From positions 1-57,041 of the forward strand of contig JAGXNO010000022.1 in assembly GCA_019894975.1 (NCBI GenBank): a stretch of 57,041 bases of DNA, written 5' to 3'. A program made the position numbers and the translations under genes. Of the stretch, positions 50,244 through 57,041 are shown piece by piece. Positions within the stretch are counted from its first letter, which is position 1. Each line of letters opens with the position of its first letter. The notes under the pieces were generated by a model, which was not told the origin of the DNA, did no database searches, and was given only the letters and a program-made list of their open reading frames with translations. This DNA is from Promethearchaeota archaeon (GTDB lineage: Archaea; Asgardarchaeota; Lokiarchaeia; Sigyniarchaeales; SOKP01).

Positions 50244-52013
50244 TTGGAAGCTAATTTTACTCCTAAAGAAAAAGAGACGTATGATAGATATCTCGCAAAG
50301 GCAGAGGAAGTGTGGAAAAATGAAAATCAGAGTGTTGGGATTTATGTCGAACAACTTGCTAAGGATTTCCCAAACAAAAACGCTTTATTTTACGAGGATA
50401 GCTCATGGACATGGAAGGAATTTAATGAGGAAGTAAATCTTATTGCAAATTATTTCCAAAAACTCGGACTGAAGCCAGGAGATACGATTGCTGTGATGAT
50501 GGAAAATTCCCCAAATTATTTTTTTGTTACTACCGGAATTAATAAAATACAGGGAACAAGTGCGCTAATTAATATTAATCAAAGAAGACAAGCTTTAATT
50601 CACTCAATCAAAATTGTGAATGCTAAATATATTATTGTTGACGGAGATAGTCTTCCGAATTTACTTGAAGTAATTGAGGAAGTGCATTTCAGGGATGATG
50701 AAATTTTTATTTTGAACAGCTTAGATCAAGTTCAGAATGAGTATATCGATCTCCAAAGAAAAATAAAAGATATTACTAAAAATAATCCTGCGACAACTAA
50801 AAACTCAACAATGACCGACATTGGATTTTATATCTACACTTCAGGGACTACAGGTCTCCCTAAAGCAGTAATAATAGAAAACCAATCACTTACTTGGAAT
50901 GGAGTATTTTACGGATATTCGATAACCCAAGCGGATTCTAATGATATAATTCTAATTGCAAATCCCTTATATCACTCTTTATCAATTTGCACAGCATGGG
51001 GTATCGCTGTGTATTTGGGTGCGACAGTTGTATTACGTAAACGAATTTCTGCCTCAAATTTTTGGAGAGACATTCACAAATATAAAATTACTTTCTCGAC
51101 ATATGTTGGTGAAATTCCTCGCTATCTTTTAAATCAACTCCCGTCTGAATTAGAAAAAAACCATACACTTAAAAAAATGCTGGGTTTAGGATTAAGGAAA
51201 GACATTTGGTTAAAATTTAAAGAACGATTTCAGATCGAACATATTTTTGAATATTATAGTTCCACAGAAGGTTATGGACCGATTATAAATGTAGACGAAG
51301 TTCCAGGTATGATTGGAAGAAATAATATTCCAAATCATGCTTTAGTAAAAGCGGATCCAGAAACTGGTGAGCTCTTTAAAGATGAAGATGGTTATCTTAA
51401 ATGTGAGCCGGGAGATGTTGGAATGTCCTTAATGAAGATTCTGGAGATTGAGAATTTTAGAAAGTATAGCAATAAAGAGAAGACAAATGAGAGGGTTATT
51501 CGAAATGTCTTCGAAGAAGGAGATGCATATTTTATTACAGGTGATTTACTTCAGCTCCATGATGATATGTGGCTTTCTTTTGCAGATAGATTCGGGGATA
51601 CTTTCCGCTGGAAAGGAGAAAATGTTTCTACCCAAGAAGTTGAAAATATTTTGAGCTCCCATGTATCAATTTTAATGAGTGCTGTATATGGCGTAGAGAT
51701 CCCAAATCATGAAGGAAAAGCAGGAATGGCAGCGATTAAACTTGATCCAAATATGGGATTTAAACCAGATGAAATCTCTCGTTTTGTTACTGAAGTGCTA
51801 CCAAAATATTCCATACCAATTTTTATTCGTATACGTCAGCAACTAGAAGTAACAGGGAGTAAAAAAATTAGAAAGTCAAATCTTCGAAAAGAAGGATTTA
51901 ATCTTAATGAAATTACAGAACCTATGTATTTTTGGGATTCAAAAATAAGTAAATATATCGAATTTAATCAAATAAAATATCAAGAAATTGTAAATGGAAA
52001 AGTACATCTCTAA
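50244..52013 (+). CDS. long-chain acyl-CoA synthetase (FATP/SLC27-like)
   Basis: YIYTSGTTGLPKA, YVGEIPRYL, DRFGDTFRWKGENVST. Confidence 0.93.
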   Translation: MEANFTPKEKETYDRYLAKAEEVWKNENQSVGIYVEQLAKDFPNKNALFYEDSSWTWKEFNEEVNLIANYFQKLGLKPGDTIAVMMENSPNYFFVTTGINKIQGTSALININQRRQALIHSIKIVNAKYIIVDGDSLPNLLEVIEEVHFRDDEIFILNSLDQVQNEYIDLQRKIKDITKNNPATTKNSTMTDIGFYIYTSGTTGLPKAVIIENQSLTWNGVFYGYSITQADSNDIILIANPLYHSLSICTAWGIAVYLGATVVLRKRISASNFWRDIHKYKITFSTYVGEIPRYLLNQLPSELEKNHTLKKMLGLGLRKDIWLKFKERFQIEHIFEYYSSTEGYGPIINVDEVPGMIGRNNIPNHALVKADPETGELFKDEDGYLKCEPGDVGMSLMKILEIENFRKYSNKEKTNERVIRNVFEEGDAYFITGDLLQLHDDMWLSFADRFGDTFRWKGENVSTQEVENILSSHVSILMSAVYGVEIPNHEGKAGMAAIKLDPNMGFKPDEISRFVTEVLPKYSIPIFIRIRQQLEVTGSKKIRKSNLRKEGFNLNEITEPMYFWDSKISKYIEFNQIKYQEIVNGKVHL

Positions 52014-52062
52014 GTTGTGGAATTAAATTTTTATTTCTTAGTGCGTTCCTATAGTTTGAGCT

Positions 52063-53250
52063 TTAAATTAATGATAATAAACCATATAAACCAAGCAATA
52101 GCATAAAAGATATAAAAATAGGTTTCCCCAAGACTTTTACAACTTTCATAAAATCTGTTTCAAAGTATTCTGTGCTATAGGCAACACAAGGATGAAGTGG
52201 AGTAATCAGATAACCTAAAGAAATAGAAGTATAGATAAAGATGAAATCGATAAGTGACATAGTAAGAACGGTAATTGGTGCTAAATATATAGGAATTACA
52301 ATTGATATTGGTAATTGAATACGTCCCGTTGCGAATCCGAGAAAAAATCCAATTAATATTAGAAGAAATACTGATAAATCTAACACTGCAATTTCCTCAG
52401 GAGCACCAGAAAGGACAAAGACCTCTAAGAATATAAACATTGAAAAAATAATTAATGGGAATCGCCATATTTTCATTTTTTTTGAGATAGTCTTTACACT
52501 TGAGAAGTTCATCTTACCAAATCTGAGAGCAAGCCAAATACTAAAAACGAGACCAATAAGAAGGAACAGTTCAGGAACAGAGAAATTAAAAAATATTCTT
52601 CCAACAAAATCTAAGATTGGTGCAATAAGAATTGGCACCAAATTGTGAAAAGCTCTTTTAAGATCTCTTTCTCCTTGTTCGGTAAAAGGTGATATATTCT
52701 TTACTAGAGTAATATATCCTATTAACCACATTACAATAAGGCCAGGAAACAATCCGAGTACAAGTATATAAAGATTTATATCAGTGAGAAAACTGGATAT
52801 AATCAATGAAGAAGATAAGGGATAAACCATTATTAGCATATGTCTATACCACACATTAATTGAGACTTTTTTAGTTGCATCTTCTTCAGAATCTATTTGC
52901 TGTACAATAGGAGCTGACATTAATGCGCCCCCCGGCACCGGTAATAAACCAAATAAAGCAGGTATCATCATTAGAGAAGATTTCTTCGAAATTCGCATTT
53001 TTTGAATCATCTCCATCATCAACCCAGATTCTTCCATTATCCCTCCCAGAATTGGTATAAAGATCATAATAATAATCAGGGTTAGAATCGATGGATTAGT
53101 CAAAACATTGATTAGGGATTGCAAGATATTAACTCCTGCCAATAGAGCAAAACCAAACGCTCCTAAAGTTAAAACAATGCCTAATTCATACTTAGAAAGT
53201 ATCATAACTAGGCCAATAACAATGACAAAACTTAACCATGCCGGTAACAT
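52063..53250 (-). CDS. DUF401-like multi-TM transporter
   Basis: GLLPVPGGALMSAP, NVWYRH, TPLHPC. Confidence 0.8.
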   Translation of the reverse strand: MLPAWLSFVIVIGLVMILSKYELGIVLTLGAFGFALLAGVNILQSLINVLTNPSILTLIIIMIFIPILGGIMEESGLMMEMIQKMRISKKSSLMMIPALFGLLPVPGGALMSAPIVQQIDSEEDATKKVSINVWYRHMLIMVYPLSSSLIISSFLTDINLYILVLGLFPGLIVMWLIGYITLVKNISPFTEQGERDLKRAFHNLVPILIAPILDFVGRIFFNFSVPELFLLIGLVFSIWLALRFGKMNFSSVKTISKKMKIWRFPLIIFSMFIFLEVFVLSGAPEEIAVLDLSVFLLILIGFFLGFATGRIQLPISIVIPIYLAPITVLTMSLIDFIFIYTSISLGYLITPLHPCVAYSTEYFETDFMKVVKVLGKPIFISFMLLLGLYGLLSLI

Positions 53251-53362
53251 ATCTTGGAATCGAGGACTTTGATAATTCTACAAACGCTTTCTTATAAAAA
53301 TAAAGGAAAAAATAATTACTTTCTCATTAATGAAAAACTCCTTGTGAGTTGTATTTCGTCTT

Positions 53363-54196
53363 TTAGGGAATTTCAACACCTGGAACTTCTACTTTTACAA
53401 ATTCAATTTTTCCACTTGTTCTTTTACCATAAAAGAGTTGATTGGTGCACATAAAAAGAGTTCTCCCATCCTCTCCACCCAAACAGCACGCATAGACATT
53501 AGTATCATTTACTTTAACAGTAGAAGTGATTTCTCCTCCTTCCAGAATACGTAAAACTTCTGCATTTGATGGGTTTGCCACCCATATAGCTCCCTCTTCA
53601 TCAAGGCAAATACCATCTGGAGAAAATCCTTCAAATTCTGCCCAAGTTCTTCGGTTTGTTAAATTCCCTGAAGGTTCAATATCGAAAGCAGTAAGACGTC
53701 CTCCATGACTTTCCCCTACAATGAAAGTCTTATTATCGGGAGTCACTATACAACCGTTGGGAAATAGAAGACCTTCCGCAACAATACTAGCTTTCCCCTC
53801 TCGAGTGACCATAATAATAGTTGTAGGGTCAGAAGGGGGTTCGGGTGTTTTAGAACCCCAGTTCCCAATGTAAGTTCGTTCTTTAGCATCAGTTACACAA
53901 TCATTACAGTTATAATCTGTAAGTTTGCTTAGGTCCGCATGAATTTTCAATCCATCTGGATCTAAACGCATTAAACGTCGTTTTTGCATCGAAACTACAA
54001 GCATCCTACCATCATTTAAAAAACCCAATCCTGAGGTAAAATCCTGCATTTGGATAATAGTTTCTGATTTACCTTTATCATCTACAGCAATGACTTTTCC
54101 TGAAACGGCATCCGAAAAATACAACTTTCCGTTTCTCCACCTAGGTCCTTCAGGAAATTCCAAATCCGACAATAAAACTTTAGTCTCTTTATTCAT
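53363..54196 (-). CDS. SMP-30/gluconolactonase family protein
   Basis: FPEGPRW, ND, FPNG, PDGICLDEEGAIW; ATG at 54196 preferred. Confidence 0.9.
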   Translation of the reverse strand: MNKETKVLLSDLEFPEGPRWRNGKLYFSDAVSGKVIAVDDKGKSETIIQMQDFTSGLGFLNDGRMLVVSMQKRRLMRLDPDGLKIHADLSKLTDYNCNDCVTDAKERTYIGNWGSKTPEPPSDPTTIIMVTREGKASIVAEGLLFPNGCIVTPDNKTFIVGESHGGRLTAFDIEPSGNLTNRRTWAEFEGFSPDGICLDEEGAIWVANPSNAEVLRILEGGEITSTVKVNDTNVYACCLGGEDGRTLFMCTNQLFYGKRTSGKIEFVKVEVPGVEIP

Positions 54197-54423
54197 ATCA
54201 ATCAATTTATTTCTTTTGTTATCTACAAAAAGAAAAATAAAAGCGTTCTTATATAGGTTTCCCACAAGCTATACAGAAGTTGAAAAACAGGTTTATAACT
54301 TGCCGAAATCAATAAATCATCTCCGTACCCACAGATTTATTGAAATATTTCTTATAAAATTATATCAAAATTATTTTTAATTTGATTAAAAAGGTGGGAT
54401 GATTTAATATAACGGTTCAAGAA

Positions 54424-54819
54424 ATGAAAAATGATCTGACAAAATATCTGTCAAGTAAGAAGCTTGAGGAACACGTATCTCATATAATAGCCATTATTGA
54501 TAGGCATAGTAATAAAAAGCCAAATCAAGTCCGTACAGCAACAAAACCGATCAAGAGAAGAGGATCAAAAGAGAGTCTATTTGAAAACCAATTTTTTGTG
54601 ATAGCGAAAGATTATCACACTAAAGACAAAATTGATATTTGGGTATTAAAACTAAAGCGCAAAATCTGGTTAGAAAAAGATCAATTCTCTGAATTAAAAG
54701 AACTTATTGAATGCTACGAGGGATATTATTCAGGCTTTTCAGGGGGCTTTATTTTTCCCTCCATGCCTACCGCAAAAATCATTGAAGAAGTAACAGAACT
54801 TCTTCTGAGTCTTGTATAA
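54424..54819 (+). CDS. hypothetical protein
   Basis: 131 aa ORF; GYYSGFSGGFIF motif. Confidence 0.6.
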   Translation: MKNDLTKYLSSKKLEEHVSHIIAIIDRHSNKKPNQVRTATKPIKRRGSKESLFENQFFVIAKDYHTKDKIDIWVLKLKRKIWLEKDQFSELKELIECYEGYYSGFSGGFIFPSMPTAKIIEEVTELLLSLV

Positions 54820-54915
54820 TTCAAGTTTTACGACTTTTTTCCTATAGTACTAATATGCAATAATAGTATTCTAGTTTATTTGGGCAATTACTTTAATTAA
54901 TCGTTAATCATTACA

Positions 54916-55974
54916 ATGGATATGGAAGAAAAATTTCCTGTGGTAGATGTAACTGGGAGTCCTGAAGAAATAGGGACACAACATGGAAAAATATTGAAAA
55001 ACCGAATAAACAGAGTAATTGATTTTTATAGTGATGTAACCAAGAAATTAGATGAAGATGATCGGGAGAGTAATAGAAAGTATATTTTGGACTCAGCTCG
55101 AACTTTTAAAAATGTTATTCATACATATAATTCAGATTATTCAATTGAAATTGAATCAATTGCAGAAGCAGCAGATGTAGATCCTCTTTGGATTTATGCA
55201 ATTAATTCAAGAAGTGAAATTATGTCAAATATGGAAAATGAGAGTACTGAGTGTACTGCATTATATTTCAAAAATTCACGTATTCTAGGCCAAAACTGGG
55301 ATTGGGCTGCAAATTTTGAAGAATTAGCCTTTATTATGAGATTAACCAAACCAGATGGCCACAAAATAATTCAAGTAACTGAACCAGGAATGATTGGTAA
55401 AATTGGTTTTAATAGTTCAGGTTTAGGGGTGTGTTTAAATTTCCTTCATGTAGACGAAGAATTAAACGGATTACCAATTCATATTATTCTTCGTGCGATG
55501 CTAGATTGTAAATCTATTGAAGAAGCAAAAAGCTTAGCTAAAAATGTAGGCAAGGGTCAATCGGGGAATATATTGATCGGTGATAAAAATGGGAAATACC
55601 AGGATATTGAATTTGGGGGGAATGAAGTCTATCTTTTAGACGTTGAAAATAACCATTTTATTCATACAAACCATTTTTTGAAGAATGAAACACTTAATTC
55701 AGAACCAGAATTATTACTAAGCTCATTTAATAGATACAAAACAGCTACTAATTTGGCAAAAAGTAACCAGACCCAGTCTTTAGAGCGTATGAAAAGTATA
55801 TTATTAGATGATACTGATCCTGAATTACCGATATGTAGGAAATTTATCCCTGGTACAGTAATGGAAAAAGTTGGCACTGTATGCACGATTTTGATGGATT
55901 TGAATCAGGAAGTGATACATATTACTAAAGGAAGCCCCCTTCATAATCCATTTACCAAAATCTCACTAAATTAA
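54916..55974 (+). CDS. C45 family Ntn-hydrolase (acyl-CoA:6-APA acyltransferase-like)
   Basis: ECT autoproteolytic site, GQNWDW, GFNSSG, HTNHF. Confidence 0.9.
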   Translation: MDMEEKFPVVDVTGSPEEIGTQHGKILKNRINRVIDFYSDVTKKLDEDDRESNRKYILDSARTFKNVIHTYNSDYSIEIESIAEAADVDPLWIYAINSRSEIMSNMENESTECTALYFKNSRILGQNWDWAANFEELAFIMRLTKPDGHKIIQVTEPGMIGKIGFNSSGLGVCLNFLHVDEELNGLPIHIILRAMLDCKSIEEAKSLAKNVGKGQSGNILIGDKNGKYQDIEFGGNEVYLLDVENNHFIHTNHFLKNETLNSEPELLLSSFNRYKTATNLAKSNQTQSLERMKSILLDDTDPELPICRKFIPGTVMEKVGTVCTILMDLNQEVIHITKGSPLHNPFTKISLN

Positions 55975-56331
55975 ATTCCTAGTAAACTTTCTTATAGTAC
56001 AAAATTATAAGAGTAAAAATTGAAAAAATTGAGTATAGAACATTACTCTCCCAATCAAAAGAAGAGTAGGCTCTATTAGATCTCAATTATTTTTCTTAAA
56101 GGCTCTAAATTTCTTCCAGTTCTCCACGGGTACAACTCTCACACTCGCCTTGTATGAATTACCCATAACTCTCTTAAATATATTGAACAAAACTACTATA
56201 TAAAATTAGCTCAAGTTAAAAAAAAAAAATAAATCTAAGCTCACTACCATACTCCTTCTAAATCATATAAACCTTTTAATTACCAATCAAAATGCGATAT
56301 TTTTATTGTTTTAAAATACTTAGATTATTCT

Positions 56332-57041
56332 ATGAAATATGATCGATTAAGAGCAATTCGAGTATCACCTGATAATGAAGCATTTTTCTATGATTATATT
56401 AAAAATAACTTTGCTGAATACTTCTTTTTTCATGTCGATTATGCTCAATATCCGGAAAGCACTGAAATCTATATAGCGTTAGATAATGGAGATAAGATTC
56501 AAGGAATGGTCTTAGTCTGGAAAGATCGCAGAATTCAATTGAGAGGATCCATTACAAGTCTTGAATTTTTATTAAGTGGAAAGAAGTATAATCCGATATC
56601 TATTACTGGATTTGATAACCATAAAAAATTGATCGCAAAATTCTTTCCGGATTATAAAAAAGAAATTGCGCTGTATCGCATGTTTTTAAATGAAGGAGAT
56701 CAAAAGGATTTTGAGAAATATGCTTTCCAGAGACTAAATGAATCTTATAGAGAAGAGATAGCATCGTTAATGAGAATTGCTGACCCTATTTATTGGGGTT
56801 CACGCGAGCCAGAGGATATCTTGATTGATGAAAATAATATATGGTATGGGATAGTAGAAAGAAAAGAGTTGATAAGTATAACGAGCATATGGAAATATCA
56901 AAGTATAGGATATATAACCATCGTTGGGACTCGTCCAAATTACTGGACGAAAGGATATGCCAGTTCGTTAATCTCTTCAGCATTAAAAGATTTATTTTGC
57001 GAAAAAGAACAATGTTTCATTATGGTGAGGATGGCCAATAC
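56332..57041 (+). CDS. GNAT-family acetyltransferase (runs off the window end; not in the ORF track)
   Basis: Open frame MKYDRLRAIRVS... with acetyl-CoA motif VGTRPNYWTKGYAS. Confidence 0.85.
   Translation, partial: MKYDRLRAIRVSPDNEAFFYDYIKNNFAEYFFFHVDYAQYPESTEIYIALDNGDKIQGMVLVWKDRRIQLRGSITSLEFLLSGKKYNPISITGFDNHKKLIAKFFPDYKKEIALYRMFLNEGDQKDFEKYAFQRLNESYREEIASLMRIADPIYWGSREPEDILIDENNIWYGIVERKELISITSIWKYQSIGYITIVGTRPNYWTKGYASSLISSALKDLFCEKEQCFIMVRMAN

Noticed and set aside
55975-56331. Short minus-strand frames (e.g. MGNSYKASVRVV..., 27 aa) in a long spacer
   Set aside because: Too short, no motif; cannot distinguish a remnant from noise
4491-56983. Numerous 60-130 aa ORFs antisense to or nested in conserved genes (e.g. 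8316-8627, 13376-13738, 45750-46145, 56786-56983)
   Set aside because: They overlap well-supported genes and lack motifs
1-57041. CRISPR arrays, IS elements, integrases, inteins, rRNA, selenoprotein TGA read-through
   Set aside because: None seen; DP2, RpoB, RtcB, Cdc6 and NrdD have normal lengths, and no tRNA 3'-end duplication (att site) was noticed

Overview
AT-rich archaeal chromosomal segment, most likely Asgard (Lokiarchaeia-like). The assignment is inferred from three Rab-like small GTPases (one fused to a roadblock domain), candidate OST5/OST2 homologues, unsplit RpoB, PolD, CarS, PAN, TFE and MBF1. Positions ~0.5-34 kb are mostly core information-processing genes: rtcB/archease, carS, cdc6, DP1/DP2, cbf5, rpoH/rpoB, tfe, mbf1/pan, nac, nrdD, mfnA. 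Positions ~37-57 kb are accessory catabolic genes for acyl-CoA and amino-acid metabolism. The most striking signal outside the ORF track is three tRNA genes: Leu-GAG, Thr-CGT and Lys-TTT. Together they carry four 30-35 nt introns, all at non-canonical positions with bulge-helix-bulge (BHB)-like junctions, about 11-14 kb from the RtcB-archease ligase pair. Other leads are mini-ORB-like boxes at the cdc6 promoter, a Rab with a ~390-aa repeat/charged/zinc-ribbon tail, an NDT/TIR-like gene divergent from an ArsR regulator with a palindromic operator, and a possible structured nrdD leader. All calls come from reading motifs by eye; no searches were run.
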